From assembly GCA_964016885.1 (NCBI GenBank), contig OZ024753.1, positions 6,696,001 through 6,760,000 on the forward strand: 64,000 nt of DNA. Direction: 5' to 3'. Source of the stretch: Eledone cirrhosa. Lineage: Eukaryota. The notes below the pieces were generated by a model that was not told where the DNA came from, ran no database searches, and saw only the letters and a list, made by a program, of their open reading frames with translations. The position numbers and the translations under genes are program-made. Of this stretch, positions 40,911 to 55,095 are shown in pieces (the first letter of the stretch is position 1; each line of letters starts with the position of its first letter).

Positions 40911-41132
40911 ATTCTCCTCCTATCTCTCTGTTTATGAAGGTACCCGGAATAAACCCCCATATCTCGGGATCCCATGGTCCGATTTATGCGAAACTTGTTT
41001 TATTCCATTTGTATTCTCATTTGAGCGTCAACTTCCTTTCAAAGTATTTTCCTATTATGCGCCCTTTTGGCTGTATTACATTACGGACAAGCAAGCAAGT
41101 AAGCAAGTAATCACAGACATTTAATAATATAT
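40624..41132 (-). mobile_element. Non-autonomous Helitron-like element; second copy at 47774-48278
   Basis: The reverse complement starts TATATATTA with (CTTG)n and ends in a GC-rich hairpin followed by CTAG|T; the two copies align end to end. Confidence 0.7.
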
Positions 41133-41493
41133 AAATAAACTAAATTTGAGTGTGATATGTAGAAAAGTTCATCAGTTTTAGAAAATGCAGAATTTATGTG
41201 AGAATTTACTATTTTATCACATTAGAATCTTACGTCTGGAATAGTGTCTGAAATATTACACTGAGCTTTTACTTTGGTGAAACCTTTCCTAAGTTAGTTC
41301 ATTCTTTCATAATTTATAGTGTCTTTAATAAGCCATTAGCTTAACATCTATTAATTTCTTTTCTTTTTGTCTGTATTTGGAGGTTAACACTTTAGTCATT
41401 AGACAAGATTAACAGTTGTCAAAAGCAGCGCTATATATTATATTTAAGCCGTTGAATATTGAACATGTTATTCAATTGTCTCGGTAATAATAA

Positions 41494-41525
<32 letters not shown>

Positions 41526-42009
41526 ATAATAATAATAATAACAATAACAGTACTAATAGTAGTGGTGGTGGTGGGGTGTTAGTAGTAGTAGCCGTAGTAG
41601 TAGTAGTAGTAGTAGTAATAGTAGTAGTAGTAGTAGTAGTGGCAGTGGTAGTGGTAGTAGTAGTAGTAGTAAAATATCGGTGATAGTGAAAACGATGTCA
41701 ATGATTGTATTATATTTTGCTGAGCAAGGCATAAATCTATTTCTTTGTTTTTGTATCAATTTTAACAATTTCTGATATGTCTGAAAGAAATATTTAATCA
41801 CTTCAGTAAGAGCTTCAAAGAGATCTCCTACGCTTAAAAATTAAAAGAAACGAAGCACATAAAAATAATTAACAAAATGACAAAATGAAATATTTTGAAG
41901 CCAAGGAGGATTATAATAATTATGATGATAATCATAATGATCTTTATGACAATGCTGCTAAGAATTATGCTAAGTATAATAAATAAGACTGTGGGACGTC
42001 AAAGAGATA

Positions 42010-42456
42010 CGGCCCTTGCCAGTCTGAGTTCAAATCCCGCCGAGGTTAATTTTGCCTTTCATCCTAATGGGGTCGATAAAATAAAGTACCAGTAATGTAC
42101 TGGCGTCGATTTAATCGACTTTCCCCTTCCCCCAAATAACTGGCCTTGTGCCTATACTAGAAATCATTATTATTTTACCTTTCATCCTCACGGGGATCGA
42201 TAAAATAAAGTACCAGTAATGCACTGGGTAATTTCTGGCCTTGTGCCTAACGTAGAAACAATTATTATTAAGGGCTGTGATTGGCAGTATCGGTAGAGGG
42301 TCAGACTCCATTCTTTCTAGCATAGTTACTTCCCTTTACAGTCTGAGTTTAAATTCCGCTGAGGTTAACTTTGCCTTTCATCCTTATGGGGTCGATAAAA
42401 CAAAGTACCAGTAATTCACTGGAGTAATTGCTGGACTTGTGCCAAAAGTAGAAATA
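42010..42456 (+). mobile_element. Three family A SINE units
   Basis: gagttcaaatcccgccgaggttaa..gcctttcatcct repeats. Confidence 0.8.
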
Positions 42457-42994
42457 ATTTATTATCCTACTTCCCGGCACCGAAGACGCTTCGTCCTCGA
42501 GGACGCACCCTAATTTTGACAGCCAAAAATTTGAAGAAAAAAAAACAAAAAAAAAACAAAAAAAAAACCAACGGCCTCCATGACGCATGGTGATTTATTT
42601 AGACTTATTTTAGGGAAAATAGCCTCTTCAAAGCCGGGAAATAAGATAAATGATCATCAAGCGTATGCTATAACAGAAAGCTAGAAATGTGGCCGACTCC
42701 CAAGACTTTCATATTAAGAAGACATATTTAGTCTACTGAGGAATAAAATATATGAGAGAAAGTCTTCTTTATGAAGATATGTCCCATTAACTTTGATTCA
42801 CTCTAGCTCTACAGATACGCTACTTGCTCTGTATGTTTCTGCATCATAAAAGCCGCTATATTGATGCGCCACAAAGAATTTAGTTATGAGAATAAATGAT
42901 TCGAACAAGGTTACTTGACACTTCCCAGTGACCAGAAAACAGACGCACCATTTGTTAAGATATATTACAGAACATGTAACTGGAAACTATAATG

Positions 42995-43030
<36 letters not shown>

Positions 43031-43034
<4 letters not shown>

Positions 43035-43610
43035 TCTGAATTTGTTTAGCAAGATTCTTTATCTGAAAACGTGTGTTGAAACCGATATTCTTATACTTTG
43101 GGAGGGTCATGTTGCCAATAAGAAATACACGCACCAGGTGTAACACCAATTTATTATAAATTAAGTTATAAATTAAAAAAATTATAAATTCCGGTTGGTT
43201 GGTTGGTTCCACAACCGGACGGCTGTTCATATATTGTCAAAGTTCTTTCGTCACACATTCTGTAACCTCGTCAGTGACTGGGGATTCTTGTCTTTGTTTT
43301 GTTCCTCTCCTTTGTTCTGTCCTACACCATATTGCTGATGGTGTGTGATTTTGTTGAACACAGACAAAAACAAGATGGCGCAGGACAGAACAAAGGAGAG
43401 GCACAAAACAAAGAAAAGAATCCCCAGTCACTGAAGAGGTCACACAATGTGTGAGGAAAGAACTTTGACAATATATGAACAACCGTCCGGTTGTGGAACC
43501 AACCAACCAACCGGAAATTTATAAATTTTTAAATTTATAATAAATTTTGGAGTAAAAGCGTCGGGTGCGTGTGTTTCTTATTGGCAACATGACCCTCCCA
43601 AAGTATAAAA
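43031..43610. mobile_element. Palindrome of about 525 bp (43086-43610) between (TA)n tracts with an HHR in each arm (family H4); related pieces at 6770-6900 and 56104-56281
   Basis: Plus 43427-43469: GTCA CTGAAGA GGTCACAC AAT GTGTGAG GAAA GAAC TT TGAC. Minus 43236-43278: GTCA CTGACGA GGTTACA GAATG TGTGAC GAAA GAAC TT TGAC. Confidence 0.8.
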
Positions 43611-43747
43611 ATACATATATATATATATATATACAGTATTTATAATGTATATATATATATATATATATATACTGTATATATATATATATATATATATACA
43701 GTATTTATAATGTATATATATATATATATATATATACTGTATATATA

Positions 43748-43778
<31 letters not shown>

Positions 43779-43829
43779 CTGTATATATAATGTGTATATA
43801 TATATATATATACATATACTGTATATATA

Positions 43830-43860
<31 letters not shown>

Positions 43861-43966
43861 CTGTATATATAATGTATATATATATATATATATATATACA
43901 GTACATATAATGTATATATATATACAGTATATATAATGTATATATATATATATATATATATACAGT

Positions 43967-44667
43967 ATAACGATGATGACGATAACGATGATGATGATGA
44001 TGATAACGATGATGATGATGAAGACGATAACGATGATGATGATGACGACGATAACGATGATGATGATGACGACGATAACGATGATGACGATGATGACGAT
44101 AACGATGATGATGATGACGATAACGATGATGATGATGACGATAACGATGATGATGATGACGATAACGATGATGATGATGATGACGATAACGATGATGATG
44201 ACGACGATAACGATGATGACGATGATGACGATAACGATGATGATGATGACGATAACGATGATGATGATGACGATAACGATGATGATGATGATGACGATAA
44301 CGATGATGATGATGACGATAACGATGATGATGATGACGATAACGATGATGATGATGACGACGATAACGATGATGATGATGACGACGATAACGATGATGAC
44401 GATGATGACGATAACGATGATGATGATGACGATAACGATGATGATGATGACGATAACGATGATGATGATGATGACGATAACGATGATGATGACGACGATA
44501 ACGATGATGACGATGATGACGATAACGATGATGATGATGACGATAACGATGATGATGATGACGATAACGATGATGATGATGATGACGATAACGATGATGA
44601 TGATGACGATAACGATGATGATGATGACGATAACGATGATGATGATGACGATAACGATGATGATAAT
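43967..44667. repeat. (GAT)n-derived higher-order repeat with 18/21 bp units
   Basis: gacgataac(gat)3-4 repeated about 36 times. Confidence 0.95.
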
Positions 44668-44956
44668 ATTGACGACGATGGTGATGATGTGTCGGAATAT
44701 GACGATGAGAATGATGCGGGATAATAATGATGATAATGCTGATGGAAACAATTGCAAAAGCAATATGGAGAATTTGTGTTGGAAATGGAAAAGTCCGATG
44801 TCCTCTTGTCTGGCGTTTGTATTTGGTTGTTTTTGGGGGGTTATTTTTAGTTATTTTTGGAATATATTCTTGCTTATCATTTGAGATATTTTGTAACGAA
44901 AGCTGGAATAGTGGAGGAAAGAAACGAGAACAAAAGAGGCCGAGTATGTGTTAGAG

Positions 44957-45045
<89 letters not shown>

Positions 45046-45054
<9 letters not shown>

Positions 45055-45577
45055 TATATATATAGAGAAAGAGAGGGGAAGAGAGGGAGAGCAGAAAGAG
45101 AGGGGGGCAGCAGGGTTTAGACTGATAAATATATTGGCAGATGGAAAGTGGGAGAGAGGGTGGAGTAAGCAGGAGGGTTTAGATAGACTGATAAATATAT
45201 TGGCAGATGAAAAGTGGGAGAGAGAGAGAGAGAGAGAGAGAATGAAATATATATAGAGAAAGAGAGGGGAAGAGAGGGAGAGCAGAAAGAGAGGGGGGCA
45301 GCAGGGTTTAGACTGATAAATATATTGGCAGATGGAAAGTGGGAGAGAGGGTGGAGTAAGCAGGAGGGTTTAGATAGACTGATAAATATATTGGCAGATG
45401 GAGAGAGAGAGAGAGAGAGAGAATGAAATATATATAGAGAGAGAGGGGGAAGAGAGAGAGAGCAGAAAGAGAGGGGGGGCAGCAGGGTTTAGACTGATAA
45501 ATATATTGGCAGATGGAAAGTGGGAGAGAGAGTGGAGTAAGAAGGAGGGTTTAGATAGACTGATAAATATATTGGCA

Positions 45578-45623
<46 letters not shown>

Positions 45624-45629
45624 GAGAGC

Positions 45630-45684
<55 letters not shown>

Positions 45685-45720
45685 AGGGTTTAGATAGACT
45701 GATAAATACATGGACAGATG
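45046..45720. repeat. Purine-rich tandem repeat of about 180-195 bp, 3 copies
   Basis: agactgataaatatattggcagatg appears twice per unit; units are separated by (GA)n. Confidence 0.9.
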
Positions 45721-46276
45721 GTAAGTGAGAGGAGCGAGACTCTGAATTGAAAAACGGACAGGAAAATAGACGTAGAAGAAAAATATATACATTTGAGAAA
45801 AAGTAAAAAATAGAGAAAAAATATTTATTTTCACACTTTCTTCGTCCTTAAAAAAAAATTATTGTGGTGGTGGTAATATAAGTAATTCATACGATATCAA
45901 GTTCAACAGGTCACTTCTTTTGGCTTTCTTTTCCATTAAACCTAGTTATATGTTCTACGAATGAAGGAAAGAATAAAAAAAAAATAGATTTGTTCTGCTG
46001 CAAATGTACAGCAGACTCTTATACAATACATACAATTGAAAATAACTTACATTGAGGTTGTAGCAAAATGACCGAGGATAGTTTAATTTGCTATCTGCAC
46101 GTTTAATACTTCTGGGGATAAGATTATTTCTTTTTCACATTTACAACAATATTCATGCATTATTGATTATATCAATCTTCCTGTCGAAGACGACCGGCCA
46201 AATATGGAAGATACATTTGGAAAGAAATCCAAAATACTTGCAGATGTAATATAATAAAGTTAGATTCCTGTATGTA

Positions 46277-46321
<45 letters not shown>

Positions 46322-46565
46322 TATATATACTGTATATATCACAGAAAAAAGAGAATCAGTGTTGCGACGAAAGGAATTTATTGGACATATTACAATTGTT
46401 TCTTGGGCGACCAGCTCGAGGCACGATCGATATGGTGATCAAACCTGACTCTGAAATCGCGCGGTCCTCGGATACGTCTCGATTCTACGAACCATATTCT
46501 GCACTACGAGGGCAGCGAGTGCTCATACGGCCTACCGCATACGGACGCTTTAAGCATCTAACACG

Positions 46566-46600
<35 letters not shown>

Positions 46601-46605
<5 letters not shown>

Positions 46606-46900
46606 CAGTAGTTATACAGCCTAGTCATGCTATGTGCAATTGATAATTAATAATTATTTGATTGCAGAAACTCAATTTTCAAATGCTGCGACTACTTGGT
46701 AAGTAATAATTCTTTGATTGCAAAAACTCAATTTTCTAATGCTGCGACTACCATTTCCTCAGATGAAAAGGTAGTCGCAGCATTTGAAAATTGAGTTTCT
46801 GCAATCAAATAATTATTAATTATCAATTGCACATAGCATGACAAGGCTGTATAACTACTGTTGAAACATTTGTAAACACTCGGAATAAATTACCTTTTTA
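46601..46900. repeat. Palindrome of about 265 bp with an internal duplication, followed by an HHR 3' half and AATAAA
   Basis: ttcaacagtagttatacagcc...ggctgtataactactgttgaa, then GAAA CATTTG TA and aataaa. Confidence 0.75.
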
Positions 46901-47084
46901 TGATGTCTACCTGTTATTATTCATTCTTTATCTACACACCGGAATACAGAAGGATCAGAAACTGAATTTTTCCGACTATTCTTCCATAACTCGTTGAGTA
47001 ACCCCTCACCGTACGTCAACTCTATCTAGTGAAGCAATTAACCATTACTGCATTGAGGATAACCCTAAGCATTTCTTGCATAAC

Positions 47085-47127
<43 letters not shown>

Positions 47128-48459
47128 AAATAGTCAGGACCCCAACAGCTGAGCTCCGGCCGTTTCGACAGCTAGATCCGAACTGAGTTATTTTCTGTTA
47201 TCTACTCTCTGGCTTCAAACCCCGCCGAGATCAACTATTTTCGGTCGATGTAAGTAGTAAGTGAGAGATAGATACAGAGGAAGAATCGACTCAAGTACTA
47301 GACTGGTATTATTTATCGACCCAAAATAGATGAAAGGCAAAGTTGACCTCGGCTGGTTTTGACCCCAGAGAGCAGAGAGTTGAGACAAATAACCCAAAGC
47401 ATTCTATCCAAAGTTGTAACAGCTCTGCCAATTCGCTGCCTCTGTTCTACTTGCAGGGTAGGTTTAATCTGTGGCCTGGTTTCTTTGCAGAGTACGTTCT
47501 ATTGCAAACATATGAGCCATGTCCTAGGTTAAAATACTTTCCTGCCCCATTCCTGGTTGGATTGGGAGCCTCCAGAACTGCCATGGACGCTTTTTATTTA
47601 AGAACTTTTATTTAAGAATAAACTTTTGCATAGTCTATATGACACTCATTCGTATGTCGTACACGAATGGCCCAGGATCGGCAAAGTTAGCGCAGCTTTA
47701 GGAAGACGTATGTCCAACAACAGCATTTTCAACGGAATTCAAGGTGAAGAGAATGTGCCATTAATATATATATACTAGACTACCCGCGACCGATTGGGTC
47801 ATGTTCACATCAAAATATTTTTTAAAAATCATGTTCACTTAAAAATAATTTTTAAATAATTAAAATATACACAGGCATCTATATAATGTGAAATGAAACT
47901 GGAAGGCCCATATATATATATGTGTGTTTATGTATATATATCAATGTGTAACTGTGTAGAAACATATATATACACATACACTCATATATATATATATATA
48001 TATATGAGCTGTTTGTTATGTGTATATATATATATATACACAACACCAGCTCTCTCTCTCTATCTCTTTTTTATGAAGGTATCCAGACAAACCCCATATC
48101 ATATCTCGGTAATCTGTGGTCCGATTTACGCAAAACTTGTTTTATTCCATTTGTATTCTCATTTCAGGGTCAACTTCCTTTCAAAGTATTTTCCCATTAT
48201 GCGCCATTTTGGCTGTAGTGTATTACATTACAGACAAGCAAGCAAGCAAATAATCACAGAATTTTAGTAATATATAGATAGATAGATAAACATATGCCTA
48301 GTCTATAATTACACTCATGCGTGTCGTATACGAATGGCTCAGGATAGGCAATGTTAGCGCAGCTTTAGAAAGGCCTATGCCCAACAACAGCATTTTCAAG
48401 GTAGCTGAAGGTGGAGAGGATATGACATTCATGATTGCTGCCATTAATATATAAGATAT

Positions 48460-48646
48460 GGGCGGTGAATTGGCAGTATCCAACAGAGGGTCGGAAACCA
48501 TGCTTTCTAGCATAGTTACGTCCCTTTACGGTCTGAGTTCAAATCCCGTCGAGGTTATGTTTGCCTTTCATCCTTACGGAGTCGATAAAATAAAGTACCA
48601 GTAATGTACTGAGTAATTGCTGGTCTTGTGCCAAAAGTAGAAACAA
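48460..48646 (+). mobile_element. Full-length family A SINE
   Basis: GGGCGGTGAATTGGCAG head, B box GAGTTCAAATCCC, core and tail. Confidence 0.85.
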
Positions 48647-50001
48647 TTAATATATTAGATAAAACAAATATCATACCCAAACCATTGTACACTTTATAAA
48701 CCTGAAATTCCTAATATTCCGTTATAAGATCATAAATAGCTCTCGTAGCTATATTTTATTTCCATTTGGTATTTATCTATAAAACAGAAAATTGGTCTGT
48801 AACTAACACGATAGATCACCTTACTTAAAAAAATTGTTTAAACAATTATGCCCATACTTTTTATTATTTCCACATACCTTGTATGTATATATCTATTTAT
48901 TAATATATTGTATATGGCTTCTCACTCTTCTTCGTAATTTGATAAAAGCAGTAACTTTTGTACACAAGGTTAACTGTCGCGACATTTTTTTTTCCATTTT
49001 TTTTTTAATATTCTGTCAGTTCCAAGCGAAACGGTCTTTTGGAAATGTTCCAAACTCATTTGCACTTCTATCCGATCCGATTTAGCAAAATAGTATTCTT
49101 ATTTCATTTTTATTTATATATTATTTTCTTGTTGTTGTTGTTGTTGTTGTTCCTGTAAATTTGTATGAGAGACCAATGTTCCAATTATTAATAGGTCAAT
49201 TTACATTTTCTTCTTTCTTTACATTCCCATATCAATAACTACAAGTTATTAAAACTTCCATAGTACATTCATTCAAAATTTGCAATTCTTCCAACACCTC
49301 ATTTCACCATCTCTTTCCCTCTAAGCGTGTATCTGATACACGCTTATGTCGTTTCAAATATTCCTACAGACTCTCCTCTCACCCTTTCTCTTTATCTATC
49401 TCCTCCCTCTCTCCCACTTTCCTTCTCCCTTGCCCATCTCTCCTCCCCCCTCTCTTTCTCCCCCTTCCGCTCTTTATATCGGTATATATATATTAAAACT
49501 ATAGCTATGCATACATTGGCATTGATCACGGCCATATTAATAAATCGGTGAGGTTGAGGTTCAGTTTCTGATCATAAAGACATGTGGGTGAACTATAAGA
49601 AACAGCTGATGAGCGATGATTTCCCATGTGCTTATACATATGTATATATACATAATATATGTGTTTGTATGTATATATATATATATATTTGAACGTCAAG
49701 TGTGACGTTTGTAGAAATATGTTTTTTTTTGCAGAAATTTCTACAAATTTCATCCCTGAAGACCCAATATATATACTCTGTCTTAAGCCAGAAGGCTGTC
49801 TTAAGACAAAAGGCTCATTTGGCCGGTGCTTATCCCGTGTTTCATGGCGTGAAGCGACTGACTGAAGACGACGGCCCTCTGGATAGGACGCCAGTCCATC
49901 GTAGGGTTTAACTCCAGCTATTACTGCTGCTCATTTTCAGCAACGTGAAATGAAGTACTTTGCTCAAGAACACAACACACGAGCCAGGAATCAAACCCAC
50001 G

Positions 50002-50127
<126 letters not shown>

Positions 50128-50296
50128 GAGAGAGAGAGAGAGAGAGAGACAGAGGAAGAGAGACCTATGACAGTCTAGGGGAGGACCTTCTAAAAAATAT
50201 GATTTAAAAAAGAAATATATTATTAATACTAATGTAAATATCCCAATAATTTATTTATTGCTGTGGTGAAATATTTAGAGTAATTTCTTTAGAGTA

Positions 50297-50343
<47 letters not shown>

Positions 50344-50451
50344 AATATATATATATGTATATATATAAATATATATATGTATATATATAAATATATATAT
50401 ATGTATATATATAAATATATATATATGTATATATATAAATATATATATATG

Positions 50452-50489
<38 letters not shown>

Positions 50490-50685
50490 AATATATATAT
50501 AAATATATATATATATACTACTGTACGTCTGTATACATATATGTATGTACGTATACATACTTATATTTAAGTAACAGCCGTTTATCGTTTTCGGTGCACT
50601 CGGCCAATTAACCCACTTGATATGCAAATTGGGCTTCTCAGCCGTTAATATGCATAAGGTAAGTATATACGTTCAACAATCTGGC

Positions 50686-50740
50686 AGGAATGTATGTTGC
50701 TGACGATAGCTAATAAGCTTGAAACTAGTACAGCGTTCCT
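50686..50740 (+). ncRNA. Minimal type I hammerhead ribozyme, intact core
   Basis: ATGTTG CTGACGA T-AGCT-AATA-AGCT-T GAAA CTAG TA CAGCGT; palindromic loop 3, GUA site, AGGA/TCCT stem I extension. Confidence 0.8.
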
Positions 50741-50945
50741 TTGTCAGTGTTGAACAAACGAGCAACGCTGGTTGCTGGACACTACGGCTTAATACGGGAT
50801 GTTTGTTTACAAACACACCGAGCATTATAATAAATGTTCGGTGAATCCATACGTACATATATATATGTGTGCATATATGTATATATATATATACATACTA
50901 CTGTGCGTCTGTATACATATATGTATGTGCGTGTACATACTTATA

Positions 50946-51008
<63 letters not shown>

Positions 51009-51062
51009 TTACTACCTTGATTAAATCCTAACCATATAACATCTCAGGGTATGTCATGTATC

Positions 51063-51125
51063 ATTATATTTTGTCTGATGAGGACGTACTGTTGTACATC
51101 CGAAATATGTATAATAAAATGTAAT
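51063..51125 (+). ncRNA. Type I hammerhead ribozyme (family H3), intact core
   Basis: ATTATATTTTGT CTGATGA GGACGTAC-TGTT-GTACATCC GAAA TATGTA TA ATAAAATGTAAT; 12 bp stem I. Confidence 0.8.
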
Positions 51126-51292
51126 TGATCAAAAGAACATCTATTTTATTAATACTTATATTTTAATATTAATTACTCCTGAAAAACTTTTTCTAACTGT
51201 TGAGCGCTCCCAATCTACTGTAAAACTCATTCTTTAACATAATCATTGAATATTGTTTAACAACTTAATATATATATAAATATATATATATA

Positions 51293-51489
<197 letters not shown>

Positions 51490-51647
51490 AAAGTTCTATT
51501 TAAATTGTTGGGATACAACAAGCAAATATTTTTATACCGATATAAAGCACTCAACAAATAATTGGAGTAAACATACGATATTGCAACAGTAATAGTTGCA
51601 TTCTTTAAGGGTATGTCAATATTTATTTATAACACTGCTCTATATTA

Positions 51648-51712
51648 TATTTTATCTGATGAAAGCACACCATAATTTAACTTGGTGTCCTTGAAATATG
51701 TATAATGAAATA
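51648..51712 (+). ncRNA. Type I hammerhead ribozyme, intact core
   Basis: TATTTTAT CTGATGA AAGCACACCA-TAATTTAACT-TGGTGTCCTT GAAA TATGTA TA ATGAAATA. Confidence 0.8.
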
Positions 51713-52949
51713 AATATGGTTTTATAAATATAGTTTACATTTGTCAATATCGTATATATATATATATATATACACATACATACATACATGTTAACTAAAT
51801 ATATGTTTTTATGAAATGAATATCTACATATGTAAATATAATAAGACTGCAAATATGTTTCCCTTCATTTTTCTATCTATTCTCTGATTTCATTGGTTTC
51901 GTTTCGTTATTTTTATCTTTACATATTCCCTTCAATTTTTTGTTACGTCTTCTTTAGTAAATGATGAAGAGATAAGCTAGGATCTGTGTTGAGAATAATA
52001 GATTTTCCTTCCGGCAACACATGAAATGGTCATTAGTAAGTTAGGTTTACTGCATTAAATTCATGTTCACACATAGGCTTGCCTACATAGCAGCCTACCT
52101 ACTTTTATATTATATATCTAGCTTTATTTCAAACTCCTACAGGCAAGACTGTAGAGAGGGAGAGAGGGACATGAACGCTGTCAAGTTGTTTCCTAAGTGT
52201 GTGTGCGGTGGTGGCGGTGGTGGGGCTGTTGGAGGGGGTGAATAGTGTGTGTGTGTTTTATATGAGTATGTGGTGGTGGTGGGGGTATGTGTGTAAGTGG
52301 GGGAGGGGTATGTGTGCGTGCGTGATGGTTGGGGGTATGTATGTACGTGTGGGTGTGTGCGTGTATGTGGGGTGCGGGTGTGTGTGCATGGGGGTATATG
52401 TGTGGGTGTGTGCGCGCGTGTGTTTGCGTGTGCATATGCTTGTGTGTGTGTATGTGTTTATGTGTATATGCCTGCATGTGTGTGGGCTGTCTCTCTGTGT
52501 TTGTGTATGTGTACGTGTGTGTGTGTGCGGGGGGGGGGGTATATGTGTATGTGTGTGTGTGTGTGTGCACGTGACTGTGCATATGCTTGCGCGTGCGTGC
52601 GTGTGTGCATATGCTTGTGTGTGTATGTGTTTCTGTGTATATGCTTGCATGTGTGTGTGTTTCTAAGCATATGCTTGTGTGGGTGTACATATCCTTGCGT
52701 GTGTGTGTGTGTCTGTGCATATGTATGTGTGTGTGTGTGTGTACGTTTGTTTCTCTACATGTGTCTGTGTGTATGTGCGTCTGGTGTGTGCATTTCTGTG
52801 CATGTGTATGTGTGTATGTCTGTGTGTGTGTGTGTCTGTGTGTGTCTGTGTGTGTCTGTGCATGTGTATGTATGAGTGAAAGTCTGTGGGAGTGTGTATG
52901 TGTGTGTGTGTGTGTATGCGTTTCTGTCCATCTGTATGTCTAATGAGTA

Positions 52950-53780
52950 CATGTGTATATATGTGTGTGTGTCTCTGTGCATGTGTATGTGTACGTGTGT
53001 AAGTCTGTGAGTGTGTGTTTGCATATGTGTATATCTGTGTGTTTATGTATGTATGGGCGTGTATGTGTCTCTGTGCATGTGTATGTGTACGTGTGTAAGT
53101 GTGTAAGTGTATGTATGTGAGTGAGTGTTTGCATATGTGTAGATCTGTGTGTTTATGTATGTATGGGCGTGTATGTGTCTCTGTGCATGTGTACGTGTGT
53201 AAATGTGTGCGTGTATGTATGTGAGTGTGTGTTTGCATATGTGTATATCTGTGTGTTTATGTATGTAAGGGCGTGTGTATGTGTCTCTGTGCATGTCTAT
53301 GTGTACGTGTGTAAGTCTGTGCGTGTATGTATGTGAGTGTGTGTGTGTGCATATGTGTATATCTGTGTGTTTATGTATGTATGGGCGTGTATGTGTCTCT
53401 GTGCATGTGTATGTGTACGTGTGTAAGTGTGTGCGTGTATGTATGTGAGTGAGTGTTTGCATATGTGTATATCTGTGTGTTTATGTATGTATGGGCGTGT
53501 ATGTGTCTCTGTGCATGTGTATGTGTACGTGTGTAAGTGTGTGCGTGTATGTATGTGAGTGAGTGTTTGCATATGTGTATATCTGTGTGTTTATGTATGT
53601 ATGGGCGTGTATGTGTCTCTGTGCATGTGTACGTGTGTAAGTGTGTGCGTGTATGTATGTGAGTGTGTGTTTGCATATGTGTAGATCTGTGTGTTTATGT
53701 ATGTATGGGCGTGTATGTGTCTCTGTGTATGTGTGTAAGTCTGTGCGAGTGTGTGCATGCGTGAGAGTGCGTTTGCATAT
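52950..53780. repeat. Higher-order repeat of about 105-110 bp derived from (GT)n
   Basis: gtttatgtatgtatgggcgtgtatgtgtctctgtgcatg recurs about 7 times. Confidence 0.85.
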
Positions 53781-54076
53781 GTGTCATTTACAAGAGATCA
53801 ATGCAAATGTTATCCCTCGCCTTTTCATTAGGAAGGGGATTTGGACGATATCATGTGAGATATTTGCTCATTAAGCTCCTACCCAATCAATCAGAAGAGA
53901 TGCGATAATCTTATAGATTAGTCCCACTTCATTGATGAGACTATGCTTACAAGAAACTTCACCATTCATATTCAGAGAAAAACATTTATTTATTTAAATG
54001 TCGATTCTTTGTTTTTAATGCGTGGGCATGATACCATTTTACACTCACATACATATATATATATATAGATATATAT

Positions 54077-54133
<57 letters not shown>

Positions 54134-54134
<1 letters not shown>

Positions 54135-54333
54135 AGTAGTAATATTAAATGTGAAGACTAAAATCCGAAGAGGGCTCGATAATATATATAAATATATAAA
54201 ACCGTAGAGCAAATATTTATTGAAATAACAGATTAAAGTTTAATAAAGAAGCGTTGCATTCACCCATAACGGGATGCCCTGAAGATCCTATTAAGGGTGA
54301 AAGCAGCGATACTTTGCAATACTTTAATCTGTA
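54134..54333. mobile_element. Family H1 copy with a palindromic end; paralog at 56550-56788
   Basis: Both share tgaagactaaaatcc.aagagggctcgataa...accgtagag, followed by inverted HHR halves. Confidence 0.7.
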
Positions 54334-54905
54334 ATATAAGTTCAGGGGACTAGCATGGGTTTCACTGCTAGTGCCGGTTTCATCTCAGCGTACTCAATAG
54401 ACAATATTATGCGAAATCGCAGAGTAGACTCACAGTTATTCTCTTCAATACAACACACGTGAATGGGTATGTTCAAACTATACCCGCACTCGAGTTTCAG
54501 CTATACTTAAAGTAACAATAGAGTGCACAGCATTCACTGTCTGCATTTATTATGCAACAATGTCTAAATCAGCGTATGTGTCTTCATCAGCGGGATTTGC
54601 TTAATTAATATATATATATATATATATATTATAAAATTAACGAAGATCGCTGGTATAAGGTGAACGGGTTCCGGTCAACGTCTAGCTCACTCAATGAATC
54701 TGTTGAATTGCAGTGATGCAGTTGCAATCAGCTGTTCAGAGTGCACCCATTTAGTTAATAGCAGATACAGTGGCTGTGTTTTTGTAGAGAGAAAGGTAAA
54801 ATTCTCAACTCCTGGACGATATCGTTTCTGTGCAAAGGATTGTCACATATCCAAATATTACATCCACGTTGTTCAACAAACCATATATATATATATATAT
54901 ATCAA

Positions 54906-54964
<59 letters not shown>

Positions 54965-55095
54965 GATAAATCTACCAAGAGTTTACGGTAGTGTCCAATC
55001 CGTATGAAGAACTCAATGTAATCCGGATATCATGGAAAGAAGAGATGCAATGAAAAATCACTTTCGGTGAAAGATAAACGGAATACAGAGTCAAG

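Noticed and set aside
43936-44884. Long poly-Asp/Asn, poly-Met and poly-Ile ORFs
   Set aside because: Open frames are an automatic result of the (GAT)n repeat; the start lies in a TA microsatellite and no signal peptide or splice support is visible.
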